Origin: a virus
Length of the DNA: 53,272 nucleotides
Virus record (IMG/VR): IMGVR_UViG_3300045988_098362
Direction: 5' to 3' (one strand)
In this document: one piece after another, positions 7,817 through 16,755 of the stretch
Layout of the letters: each line of letters starts with the position of its first letter
Numbering within the stretch: the stretch's first letter is position 1
Made by a program: the position numbers and the translations under genes
Notes under the pieces: model-generated
Databases searched by the model: none
Seen by the model: the letters and a program-made list of their open reading frames with translations, nothing else
Told to the model about the DNA's origin: nothing

Positions 7817-8488
7817 ATGAAAAAGACAAACGAGAATTTGGTGATCCTGATTACGTTGTTTGCAATCAGCATCGTCATTGCCAATGTGACCGGCGCACGA
7901 ACCATTACCACCGGCCTGCATATCGGCCCCATCGAGCTGGCCTTGAGCGGCGGCGCCATCACCTATGCCGTCACATTCCTCTGCACAGACATCATCGGCG
8001 AGATCTGGGGCAAGGCCACGGCCCAGCGCGTGGTGAAGTATGGCTTTATCGGCCAGATTTTTGCCACCGCCTGCATTATGCTCACCGGCGTTTTCCCTGC
8101 AACGGATGCCGTCATGGACAATGCCTATCAAACCCTGCTGGGGCAGAACTGGATCTTCGTCATCGGCAGTCTGTCCGCATACCTCGTTTCCCAGTCGTGG
8201 GACGTGGCCGTATTCCATGCAATCCGCGACCGCTACATTGCCAAGCATGGCAGCACCAAGGGTGGCCGCTGGCTATGGAATAACGGCAGTACCATCACGA
8301 GCCAGATCTGGGACACGGTGATCTATGCGGTCATCAGCTTCGGCTTCGGTCTGGGCTGGGTGCATACCCACGAGGGCCGGATGCAGCTTATCGGTATCAT
8401 CATCGGGCAGTATCTTCTGAAAGCCTGTCTGGCGCTGTTGGATACTCCCTTTTTCTATTTCTTCACAAGAAATGCAGACCGCCGCTGA
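7817..8488 (+). CDS. yhhQ: YhhQ/COG1738 queuosine-precursor (preQ0/preQ1) transporter
   Basis: Polytopic membrane protein. FLCTDIIGEIWG, SAYLVSQSWDVAVFHAIR and ITSQIWDTVIYAVISF align with E. coli YhhQ FLATDLTVRIFG, MAYALGQILDVHVFNRLR and GNVSDTLAFFFIAF. Confidence 0.8.
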   Translation: MKKTNENLVILITLFAISIVIANVTGARTITTGLHIGPIELALSGGAITYAVTFLCTDIIGEIWGKATAQRVVKYGFIGQIFATACIMLTGVFPATDAVMDNAYQTLLGQNWIFVIGSLSAYLVSQSWDVAVFHAIRDRYIAKHGSTKGGRWLWNNGSTITSQIWDTVIYAVISFGFGLGWVHTHEGRMQLIGIIIGQYLLKACLALLDTPFFYFFTRNADRR

Positions 8489-8567
8489 CGGCATCGTGTA
8501 GCGTGCGCTCTGTGTTCCGTCTGCCAGTTTGAGCAGAAACAAACAAAGGAGGATGGTGACTATGTAG

Positions 8568-9371
8568 ATGGACAAGCGGGATAAAGGCTACACCCTGTAT
8601 AAAAAAGGGCTGTCCTGCACCGAGATTTCCAAGAAGTTGGATGTGTCTATCAACACAGTAAAGTCATGGCGCAAGCGCTACTGGACGCAGGGTGCAGATG
8701 CACCCGCAAAACGCACCCTGCACCCAGAGGATGCACCCGCCGCACCTGACCCTGAAACAAGACCAAAACAGGGCGCGCCGCCGGGAAATGTCAATGCCGT
8801 TGGAGCAGGTGCGCCAAAGGGAAACCGCAATGCCGTCAAGCATGGTGGGTGGTCTGAACTGATGTTCCGAAGCTGGACAGAGGAACACCGTCAGCTGCTG
8901 GATGCCTGTGACGAAGATGTGGATGCAGAAGAACTGCTCATAAATGAGCTGAAATTGCTGACCGCCCGCGAGGGCTATCTGCTGGAGCGTATCTCCCACT
9001 ATTCCAAAGAGGGAGCCTATGTTCAGACGCAGACCACATCCAAGAGAAGCAGGAACTTCAAGCGGCTGGATGGTGACACTGAAAAGGAAAAGAATGATTT
9101 GCAGGCCTATGTGGAGGCCATTGATGCCAAAGTAGCCGCCGGGGAGCGTTTGCCGGGCAATGAAACCCTGACAAATTCCACTCTGGAAGCGTCTTACCTC
9201 ATCATAGAGCGCTTGAACAAGCTCCTGACTGATGTACAGCGGCAGAAAGCCCAGTGCATCAAACAGCTGGCCGAACTGCGAAGCATGAGCGGCGGCGGAA
9301 AGAGTGAACTGGTTGACGACTGGGTAGCAGCCATTCAGGCCGCAGAGGAGATGGACGATGACGCGCCGTGA
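8568..9371 (+). CDS. terS: Terminase small subunit
   Basis: N-terminal HTH (GLSCTEISKKLDVSINTVKSWRKRYW) and the motif GAPPGNVNAVGAGAPKGNRNAVKHG common in TerS proteins. It lies directly upstream of and overlaps TerL. A 4-codon mini-ORF (8553-8567, MVTM-stop) abuts the ATG. Confidence 0.7.
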   Translation: MDKRDKGYTLYKKGLSCTEISKKLDVSINTVKSWRKRYWTQGADAPAKRTLHPEDAPAAPDPETRPKQGAPPGNVNAVGAGAPKGNRNAVKHGGWSELMFRSWTEEHRQLLDACDEDVDAEELLINELKLLTAREGYLLERISHYSKEGAYVQTQTTSKRSRNFKRLDGDTEKEKNDLQAYVEAIDAKVAAGERLPGNETLTNSTLEASYLIIERLNKLLTDVQRQKAQCIKQLAELRSMSGGGKSELVDDWVAAIQAAEEMDDDAP

Positions 9372-10746
9372 GTTTTTCCAAAGAAGAATACCGCGGTACC
9401 GCAAAGACCCGCTCCTGTTTTTCAAGGAAGTGACTCACTTTGAGCCGGATCCATGGCAGCGGGAAGCGGCTGTGGCGGTATCACAGCATCGGCGTGTTGC
9501 CATTCGTTCCGGGCAGGGCGTGGGCAAAACGGCACTGGAAGCTAATCTTATGTGGTGGTTCATTGCCTGTTTTTCCTACCCGCGCATCGTCTGCACCGCA
9601 CCCACGATGCAACAGCTGGACAACGTCCTGTGGGCAGAAATGGCAAAGTGGCTGGACGCAAGCCCGGTGCTTCAAATGATGTTCACATGGACGAAGACCC
9701 GCGTGTACATGAACGGCTATGACCGCCGCTGGTTTGCCGTCCCGCGTACAGCCACAAAGCCTGAGTCCCTGCAGGGCTTCCACGAAGACAATATGCTTTT
9801 CGTGGTGGACGAAGCATCCGGTGTTGCTGACCCCATCCTTGATGCCATCGGCGGCACCTTGACCGGTGCCAACAACAGGCTTCTCTACTGCGGGAACCCC
9901 ACAAAGGCGACCGGCGGCTTTGCTGAGAGCTTCCAAGGGGACGGCATGGACTGGTACTGCATGACGGTATCAAGCCGGGACAGCCCCCGCACCAGCAAGG
10001 AAAACATAGCTGCCCTCGAAAAGAAGTACGGCAAAAATTCCAATGTGGTGCGCGTCCGTGTGGATGGCCTGCCGCCGGTCGCGGACAGTGATGTGTTCAT
10101 ACCCAGCTACATTGCGGAAAAGGCCACCATGAATGAGCCGCTTCCGCATGACAGCCCGGTGCGACTCTCCATCGGCTGTGACGTTGCCCGCTTTGGTGAT
10201 GACTGCACTGTCATTGCCCCCAACATAGATGCTGACGTTCAGGAACTGAAAATTCGGAACGGACAAGATCTGTGGGCAACGGCAGAGGACATCATCTTTG
10301 AGTATCTTTTCCTGCTGGAGAAGTACCCGCAGTACCCCGGCATGGTCTATGCCATCATTGATGATACCGGTCTGGGCGGCGGCGTGACCGATATTCTGCG
10401 CCATGAAAGGGAAGCCAGAGGGCTGAACCAGCTTGAGGTTATCCCGGTGAACTTCGGCGCATCCGTGCCGCAGGAGGATGCAGCCGCCAACTATGCCGAC
10501 ATATCCACATGGATGTGGTCACTGGTTCGTGACATGGCACAGAGCGGGCGGCTACACCTGCCCAATGATACAGAGCTGATTGCCCAGCTTTCCACGCGAA
10601 AGTACGCTTTTGCCGGAACACCGCCGAAGCTGAAGCTGGAGAGCAAGGACATTATGAAGCGGCGCGGCCTGCCCAGCCCTGACCGGGCGGATGCCGTGGC
10701 GCTGTCCCTGTATCAGCCCATCACCTACACATGGGAAATCGGATAG
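9358..10746 (+). CDS. terL: Terminase large subunit
   Basis: Walker A-like GQGVGKT, Walker B-like LFVVDEASGV and a C-terminal RNaseH-like nuclease region. Its position is between TerS and the portal. Confidence 0.85.
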   Translation: MTRREFFQRRIPRYRKDPLLFFKEVTHFEPDPWQREAAVAVSQHRRVAIRSGQGVGKTALEANLMWWFIACFSYPRIVCTAPTMQQLDNVLWAEMAKWLDASPVLQMMFTWTKTRVYMNGYDRRWFAVPRTATKPESLQGFHEDNMLFVVDEASGVADPILDAIGGTLTGANNRLLYCGNPTKATGGFAESFQGDGMDWYCMTVSSRDSPRTSKENIAALEKKYGKNSNVVRVRVDGLPPVADSDVFIPSYIAEKATMNEPLPHDSPVRLSIGCDVARFGDDCTVIAPNIDADVQELKIRNGQDLWATAEDIIFEYLFLLEKYPQYPGMVYAIIDDTGLGGGVTDILRHEREARGLNQLEVIPVNFGASVPQEDAAANYADISTWMWSLVRDMAQSGRLHLPNDTELIAQLSTRKYAFAGTPPKLKLESKDIMKRRGLPSPDRADAVALSLYQPITYTWEIG

Positions 10747-10763
10747 GAGGAAACAACAGAAAC

Positions 10764-12908
10764 ATGGCAGTATTTGGATTCGGACGGCGCAATGCCGTTG
10801 GGCGGCAGTACAATGGCGGGAACGTCAGCGTTATGCTGCCCCGGTACACTACGCCGCCTGAGCGCAATACGCGGGACTGGCTGGAAATGTTTGGCCGCAA
10901 CCCGCGTTTGGCGGTTGTGGATCGCATTGCTTCCGACCTGTCCACCTGCGCCGGTAAGCTGTACCGCAAGGATGAAAACGGGGAAGAAGTGGAAATCACG
11001 GACCATCCCTTTTTGAATTTCATGGCGCATCCGAACCCCCTCTATGAAATGACTTGGGGTGCGTGCTGGCGGTTGCAGCAGATCTATCTGGAACTCAAGG
11101 GCGAGGGCTACTTCGTCTATGAATTTGATGCCCTCGGTCGTCCGGTGGAGCTGTGGCCGCTCCCTACACATTGGGTGCAGCAGACCCCCTATGTGGGCTA
11201 CCCCTACTATGAAATCAGAACGACCGGCGGACTCATCCGGCAAATCCCGGTGGACGATATTTTCTGCATGAAAGAACTGAACCCGCTTGACCCCTACAAA
11301 AGAGGTCTCGGTGCGGCAGAGTCCCTTGCAGATGAGATCGAGACGGACGAGTACGCGGCAAAATTCCAGAAGAAGTTCTTCTACAACGATGCCACTCCGA
11401 CCACGCTGATCTCGATGCCGGGAAGCAGTAAGGATCAGCGCGACCGTTTCAGGTCCGAATGGAATGAGCGCTTCCGAGGACCGTTCAACTCCCACGGCAT
11501 TGCCACGGTGGACGGCAACGTGACCGTGACGAAGCTGGCCGAGAACATGCGCGACATGGATATGACGGAGGGGCGAAGGTTCCTCCGGGATGCCGTGCTT
11601 GAGCATTTTGGTGTTCCGCGTGAAATCATGGGCATCACGGAGAGCAGCAACAGAGCCACGAGCGAAGCGGCTCAGTACATCTACGCCCAGAACGTCATAA
11701 TGCCACGGCTCAACCGCCGGGAAGAAGCCATCAATACACAGATTTTGCCGTTCTATGGCAATGATCTTGTCTGGCATTTTGATGATGTGGTTCCGCGCTC
11801 GCAGGAGTTTGACAAGGCCAAAGGCATTGACGGCTGGAATGCCGGGCTTTTGACCAAGGATGAAGCACGCGAACTGCTGGGCATGGAACCCTGCAAGACC
11901 GGCGGTGACTGTTTCAAGATCACCATTTCCGATATGTTCATCGGCTCCAACGATGACCCAGCGGAGGTGACGACCGACCTGATGCAGGAAAGCACAGATG
12001 AAGTCGAAGTCACGGATGATGAAGATACCGGCGGGATGCTGTCTATGAGTGACCGCCGGGAGCATGAAGAAAAATCCCGTGTGCAGAACATCGGCAATCT
12101 GCTGGCGGCCGCCCAGAAAGCCCAGAGAGCGAAGTTTGAAGTTGCCACGATGAAGTTCTTCCGGCAACAGCAAAAACGGCTCTCCGGCTCTCTGAGCGGC
12201 ACTGAGAAAGCAGACTGGAGCGTGTGGGATGTCCTGATGCCCTACATCACGGAAAACCATGTGGAAGACAGCGCCGCATGGTCTGCCCTCGGTGAGCAGG
12301 AGCAGAAAAATCTTGTGGAGCAGTTCATTGGTGGCCTTGTCAACTGGCCGTCCGAAGAAACGGCAATGGAAGAAATCTTCAAGCCGCTTTGGAAGCAGAC
12401 CTATGATGAGGGTACCCGGATTGCAAAACAGGCCTACAATATCCGCGGTGTTGACCGCCCGGAACTGCTCAGTCAGGCAAAGCTCCACGGTGGGAAGCGC
12501 GTCCGTCGTGTGACGCAGACCACCAAGGAAAATATCTCCCGCATCGTGGCAAACGGCATTGAAGCTGGTATTGGCCGCGAAAAGATGGCGGATGAGATTT
12601 TGCAGGAGTATGAGATCCAGACCCGGAGCAGGGCGCGGCTCATTGCAGATCAGGAAACCGTGATGACGCTGGAGACCGGCCACTATGACATGATGCAGAA
12701 AAGCGGCGCCACCACGAAGACGTGGCATCACCGCCCGCAGAAGAACCCTCGTGATGGTTCCAATGGCGGTCCGAACCATGTCAAGATGGACGGAGAGACC
12801 GTGCCGATCGATGCCCGGTTCTCCAATGGTCTGCGGTATCCCTGCGACCCGGAGGGGCCTGCACGCGAAACTATCAAATGCAGGTGCTATGTCACCTACA
12901 ACAGATAA
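10764..12908 (+). CDS. Portal protein fused to a Mu F / SPP1 gp7-like head-morphogenesis domain
   Basis: An AGGAGG SD lies upstream of ATG 10764. The N-terminal ~400 aa are HK97-type portal-like. The C-terminus HRPQKNPRDGSNGGPNHVKMDGETVPIDARF...PARETIKCRCYV is the Mu F signature. Confidence 0.75.
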   Translation: MAVFGFGRRNAVGRQYNGGNVSVMLPRYTTPPERNTRDWLEMFGRNPRLAVVDRIASDLSTCAGKLYRKDENGEEVEITDHPFLNFMAHPNPLYEMTWGACWRLQQIYLELKGEGYFVYEFDALGRPVELWPLPTHWVQQTPYVGYPYYEIRTTGGLIRQIPVDDIFCMKELNPLDPYKRGLGAAESLADEIETDEYAAKFQKKFFYNDATPTTLISMPGSSKDQRDRFRSEWNERFRGPFNSHGIATVDGNVTVTKLAENMRDMDMTEGRRFLRDAVLEHFGVPREIMGITESSNRATSEAAQYIYAQNVIMPRLNRREEAINTQILPFYGNDLVWHFDDVVPRSQEFDKAKGIDGWNAGLLTKDEARELLGMEPCKTGGDCFKITISDMFIGSNDDPAEVTTDLMQESTDEVEVTDDEDTGGMLSMSDRREHEEKSRVQNIGNLLAAAQKAQRAKFEVATMKFFRQQQKRLSGSLSGTEKADWSVWDVLMPYITENHVEDSAAWSALGEQEQKNLVEQFIGGLVNWPSEETAMEEIFKPLWKQTYDEGTRIAKQAYNIRGVDRPELLSQAKLHGGKRVRRVTQTTKENISRIVANGIEAGIGREKMADEILQEYEIQTRSRARLIADQETVMTLETGHYDMMQKSGATTKTWHHRPQKNPRDGSNGGPNHVKMDGETVPIDARFSNGLRYPCDPEGPARETIKCRCYVTYNR

Positions 12909-12922
12909 AGGAGGGCGTGAGA

Positions 12923-13915
12923 GTGGTATTCACGCGAGAAGATGCAGCTCGTGCTGCACAGAACATCGGCATTGACTTCAAAAAGGAAGCATTCCAGCTG
13001 GAAGACCTGCTGAACGGCATGAACACAGAGCTTGCCCGGCACGGTACCAAGGCGGGAACGGCCGATGTTACACACGATGACCCCACTATGACGGCGAAGC
13101 TGGCAGTTGCAAATCTGCGGGTATCGCCGTCTTATTATTCCCAGCGCGTGGGGAAAAGCGCATGGGAACGCTCCCTTGCACGGGGAGTAAAGCACAAGGG
13201 CGCAAAGACCGAGTATAAAACCGTGGAGTTTGAACTGGAGGGCTTTGACGATAAAGAGGGCACATTCTCCGGCTATGGTGCTGTGTTCTCCAATATCGAC
13301 AGCGGCGGCGACATTATTGAGCCGGGTGCCTTCACGAAGACCATCGCCGAGGGCATCGGACGAGTGAAAATCCTGTCCGGGCATAACGATAGTCTGCTGC
13401 CGATCGGCATTCCTACCGAACTCCGCGAGGATGCAAAAGGCCTTTTTATGAGCGCCAAAATCAGTGATACCACTCTCGGCAGGGATGTGAAGACGCTGAT
13501 CCATGACGGCGTTCTGTGCGAACTCTCCATCGGCTATGACCCGGTTGTGTTTGACTACGATGAGAACGGCATCCGCCACCTCCGCGAAGTCAAGCTCTGG
13601 GAAATCAGCGTTGTCACATGGGCCATGAACGAACAGGCAGTCATTACGGACCACAAATCGGATGATGCGGCGACCCGCATCGAAGCGGAAGCGCAGGCCA
13701 TCGTTACCGAGGTAAAGGCCGGACGCAAAATTTCTGCTTCCCGCATGAAGTCCCTCAAGGATGCCTGTACGTCCATGAAAGCCGCCACAAAGCTGCTGGA
13801 TAAGATCATTTCGGAAGCACAGGGTGACAACGGCAAGGGGCATCCCCCGGTAAGCGCACACAAGTCCGTGGAACGGAAATCCGCTCCGAAGAAAACTGTA
13901 GAAATTATTTTTTGA
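12923..13915 (+). CDS. Prohead serine protease (HK97/S78 type) with an extra N-terminal domain
   Basis: An AAGGAGGG SD lies 7 nt upstream of GTG 12923. EGTFSGYGAVFSNIDSGGDIIEPGAF...ILSGHN...LSIGY is the HK97 protease pattern. The N-terminal ~100 aa (GMNTELARHG...VTHDDPTMTAKLAVANL..SPSYY) form a separate small domain. Confidence 0.75.
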   Translation: MVFTREDAARAAQNIGIDFKKEAFQLEDLLNGMNTELARHGTKAGTADVTHDDPTMTAKLAVANLRVSPSYYSQRVGKSAWERSLARGVKHKGAKTEYKTVEFELEGFDDKEGTFSGYGAVFSNIDSGGDIIEPGAFTKTIAEGIGRVKILSGHNDSLLPIGIPTELREDAKGLFMSAKISDTTLGRDVKTLIHDGVLCELSIGYDPVVFDYDENGIRHLREVKLWEISVVTWAMNEQAVITDHKSDDAATRIEAEAQAIVTEVKAGRKISASRMKSLKDACTSMKAATKLLDKIISEAQGDNGKGHPPVSAHKSVERKSAPKKTVEIIF

Positions 13916-13932
13916 CACAGGAGGAAAAATCA

Positions 13933-15522
13933 ATGCGTCTGAAGAACAGAAAGAAGTCCGCAGCCGCCATCAAGTCTATGAAGGTGGGCACCGATGAGCT
14001 GAAAGACCTCATCAAGGGCGCCGTCAAGGAAGCTATGGGCGAGGAGGACGATACCGGCGATGATGGCAGTGATACTGCCGCCGCGCTGGATGGCATTACC
14101 GCAGAGGACATGGCCGATATTATCGAACAGGCCGTGGACAATGCCAACGAAAAGCGCAAGTCCCGCAAGGATGCCGGTGAGGAAGTCGGCGACCTGACGG
14201 CTGATGAAGTCATTCAGGAAGCCGCTGAGATCATCGATTCCATGACCGCAGATGAGGGTATGGACGATGATGAAGCCGATCCTGAGGGCAAGGATGACGA
14301 TGAGGCTGACTCTGATGAAAAGGATGACGACGAAGCCGCTTCTGAGGATGATGCCAAGCGCCGCAAGTCCGCTGCATTCCGCCGTCAGGTGAAGTCCGGC
14401 ACCGCTCCTGCCCAGCGTAAGTACTCCAGCCTGTTCATGGGCGGCACCGCTTCCGCCAAGAAGCAGCAGAAGAGTGTGCCCCCGCTGGTGAACCTCGCCC
14501 GCGCCATCAAGTGTCTGGATGTCTTCGGCCGGCATGACCCGGAACGTGCCGAGTTTTACGCCAAGAAGTACTACAACGATACGTCCATGGCCCACGAGTT
14601 CAAGGCCATGTCTGCCACCAACCCGACCGCTGGCGGCTTCCTGATCCCGGAAGTCTATCTGGATGAGGTCATCGAACTGCTGTACAGCAAGACCGTCATC
14701 AAGGAGCTGGGCGCACGCACCATTCCGCTGGAAAACGGCAACCTGAACATCCCGCGCATGACCTCCGGCACCCGCGCTATGTGGGGCGGTGAGGGTCGCA
14801 AGATCGCTTCCACTCAGCCTGCATTCGGCAACCTGCGCCTGTCTGCAAAGCGTCTGGAAGCCATTGTGCCCCAGACCCGCGAACTGCTGATGAGCACCAA
14901 GTACAGCGCCGATGAACTGTTCGCCGCTGATCTGTCCCGCCGTATGCAGCTCGGCCTTGACTGGGGCGCTCTGTACGGCACCGGCGGCGAGTTCCAGCCC
15001 ACCGGCATTGCCAACACCCCCGGCGTTGAGAAAATCGACGCAAAGAAGATGGATGCCCAGTATGCCGCAGACGGTAAGCTGACTGCCGATTTCCCGGTCT
15101 ATGTGAAGTCGCTGGTTATGAGCAAGAACGTGGACGATCAGGCTCTGGGCTGGGCTTTCAACTCTTTTATGGAGGGCTATCTCAAGAACATCAAGACCAC
15201 CACCGGCGACTACATCTACCGCGATGAGATGAACGCTGGTAACTTCCTCGGCATGCCGTACAAGGTTTCCAACCAGATCCCGACCGACGGCAAGACCGGC
15301 TGCACCGAAATGTTCTTCGGCAACTGGGCAGACCTGATGATCGGCGATCAGATGGGGCTGGAAACCTACACCACTCTGGACGGCACCTGGACGGATGAGA
15401 ACGGTGTCCAGCACAACGCCTTTGAGGAAAATCTGACCGGCACCCGTGCGCTGATGTACGATGACATTGGTGTGCGCCATGTTGAGAGCTTCGCCTACGT
15501 CCACAATATCAAGGTTATCTGA
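13933..15522 (+). CDS. Major capsid protein, HK97 fold, with an acidic N-terminal (delta/scaffold-like) region
   Basis: A GGAGGAAAAA SD lies upstream of ATG 13933. TAGGFLIPEVYLDEVIELL is typical of HK97-family capsids. The N-terminus has DDDEADPEGKDDDEADSDEKDDDEAASEDD. Confidence 0.85.
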   Translation: MRLKNRKKSAAAIKSMKVGTDELKDLIKGAVKEAMGEEDDTGDDGSDTAAALDGITAEDMADIIEQAVDNANEKRKSRKDAGEEVGDLTADEVIQEAAEIIDSMTADEGMDDDEADPEGKDDDEADSDEKDDDEAASEDDAKRRKSAAFRRQVKSGTAPAQRKYSSLFMGGTASAKKQQKSVPPLVNLARAIKCLDVFGRHDPERAEFYAKKYYNDTSMAHEFKAMSATNPTAGGFLIPEVYLDEVIELLYSKTVIKELGARTIPLENGNLNIPRMTSGTRAMWGGEGRKIASTQPAFGNLRLSAKRLEAIVPQTRELLMSTKYSADELFAADLSRRMQLGLDWGALYGTGGEFQPTGIANTPGVEKIDAKKMDAQYAADGKLTADFPVYVKSLVMSKNVDDQALGWAFNSFMEGYLKNIKTTTGDYIYRDEMNAGNFLGMPYKVSNQIPTDGKTGCTEMFFGNWADLMIGDQMGLETYTTLDGTWTDENGVQHNAFEENLTGTRALMYDDIGVRHVESFAYVHNIKVI

Positions 15523-15536
15523 GGAGGAGAACTGCT

Positions 15537-15914
15537 ATGAAAAGAGCACTGTTTGATACCGTCACCGTCCTGCCGTTTGTCAGCGGCAATGAGGTTGACC
15601 GCACCGGTTATGAGAGCGCCGTGCTGGCTGTTACTGTGGAAGCGTCCCAGACGGCCACCATCAAGGTCGAAACTGCCGACAGCACCGCCGGTCCGTATGA
15701 GCCGGTCAAGGACAGCCGCATCTTCGTTGACAACCCGGTCAATGAGGATGGCGAGGCCGTCATTGAGAACGAAGCCGAAGCTCAGGCTGTGGCGAACCTC
15801 GACATTGACCTGATCGGCTGCAAGTCCTGCGTCAAGATCACCGCCACCAACGGCACCATCGGTGCGCTGGCGCTGGGTGATGCCACCAACTGCCCGGTCA
15901 AGGAAAGTATCTGA
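15537..15914 (+). CDS. Head-associated hypothetical protein (125 aa)
   Basis: A GAGGAGGAG SD and a position immediately after the capsid gene. I recognised no family. Confidence 0.45.
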   Translation: MKRALFDTVTVLPFVSGNEVDRTGYESAVLAVTVEASQTATIKVETADSTAGPYEPVKDSRIFVDNPVNEDGEAVIENEAEAQAVANLDIDLIGCKSCVKITATNGTIGALALGDATNCPVKESI

Positions 15915-15925
15915 TGGAGGGCTGC

Positions 15926-16063
15926 ATGATGGCGAGAATGTTCAAACCGCCCAAGGCCGCCCCGCGCCCTGCTGAGAACAAAGCAGTTCGTGCAAAGGAG
16001 CGGAAGACCGCCGCAACCCCGCCTGCGGCTTCGCAGGAAGCCCCGGAAAAGGGCGCTCAGTAA
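15926..16063 (+). CDS. Possible 45-aa basic, Pro/Ala-rich peptide
   Basis: ATG 15926 follows GGAGGG. The product is MMARMFKPPKAAPRPAENKAVRAKERK..., and a terminator follows. It is shorter than the ORF-track cutoff. Confidence 0.3.
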   Translation: MMARMFKPPKAAPRPAENKAVRAKERKTAATPPAASQEAPEKGAQ

Positions 16064-16068
16064 AGTTC

Positions 16069-16106
16069 CCCTCTGATGGGGAAAGCCTGTCAGAGGGCTT
16101 TTATTT
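16069..16106 (+). terminator. Rho-independent terminator after the head module
   Basis: An 8-bp stem ccctctga/tcagaggg (16069-76 and 16090-97) followed by cttttattt. Confidence 0.55.
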
Positions 16107-16115
16107 GGAGGTGTC

Positions 16116-16754
16116 GTGTTGGCCGTAACACTGAGAGAAAATGCCCTCACCACTCTGGATGCCCTGAAAACCTCGCTCGGCATCGACCCGGCGGAAGAAG
16201 ATGCACAGCGGGATGCAACCCTTGTGCAGCTTATCAATGCGGCATCTGCGTGGCTGGAAACTCAGCTGGGAAGAAAGCTGGGGAAAAGCACCTACCGGCA
16301 AAGATATTGCGGTACTGGAACACAGCAGTTATCGCTGGAACAGTACCCCATTGTCAGCGTAGAACGTATCACGGACACGTTCACCGGGAAGACCATTACG
16401 GACTTCGATTTCAACGAAACCGGCGAGATCGGAGTTCTGTTCCGTGAAGATGGATGGACATACCGCGGGCACATCGGCGGGCTGGCCTATGACTACATTG
16501 CCCCCAGAAAATATCTGGAGGTGCAGTATGTGGCCGGGTATATTCTGCCGAAAGATGCCACCGAAGACCATCCGGCCACGCTCCCGGCAGATCTGGAAGC
16601 CATTGTTTGGTACATGATCGCCCAGCAGTGGGCCATCATTGAAAATGATGCCGCCGGGCTGTCGGCGTTCTCTATCTCCGATGTGAGCTGGACTTTCGAT
16701 AAGAATATCAGCGAAACATGGCAGTCCGTGATTTCAAAGTATCAGCGGTGGTAA
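16116..16754 (+). CDS. Head-tail connector (gp6-like) protein
   Basis: GTG start after GGAGGTG. The N-terminus TTLDALKTSLGIDPAEEDAQRDATLVQLINAASAWLETQLGRKL is the typical gp6-like connector motif. Confidence 0.6.
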   Translation: MLAVTLRENALTTLDALKTSLGIDPAEEDAQRDATLVQLINAASAWLETQLGRKLGKSTYRQRYCGTGTQQLSLEQYPIVSVERITDTFTGKTITDFDFNETGEIGVLFREDGWTYRGHIGGLAYDYIAPRKYLEVQYVAGYILPKDATEDHPATLPADLEAIVWYMIAQQWAIIENDAAGLSAFSISDVSWTFDKNISETWQSVISKYQRW

Positions 16755-16755
16755 C

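Noticed and set aside
10725-12779. Very long antisense ORFs. These are 684 aa at 10725-12779 (-), and similar cases at 12896-13933 (-), 13930-15504 (-), 18338-19738 (-), 20456-21547 (-) and 36081-37604 (-).
   Set aside because: They are shadow ORFs opposite genes with clear family signatures (portal, protease, capsid, sheath, tape measure, endolysin). Their products are low-complexity, they lack SDs, and stop-codon-poor antisense frames are expected in GC-rich coding DNA.
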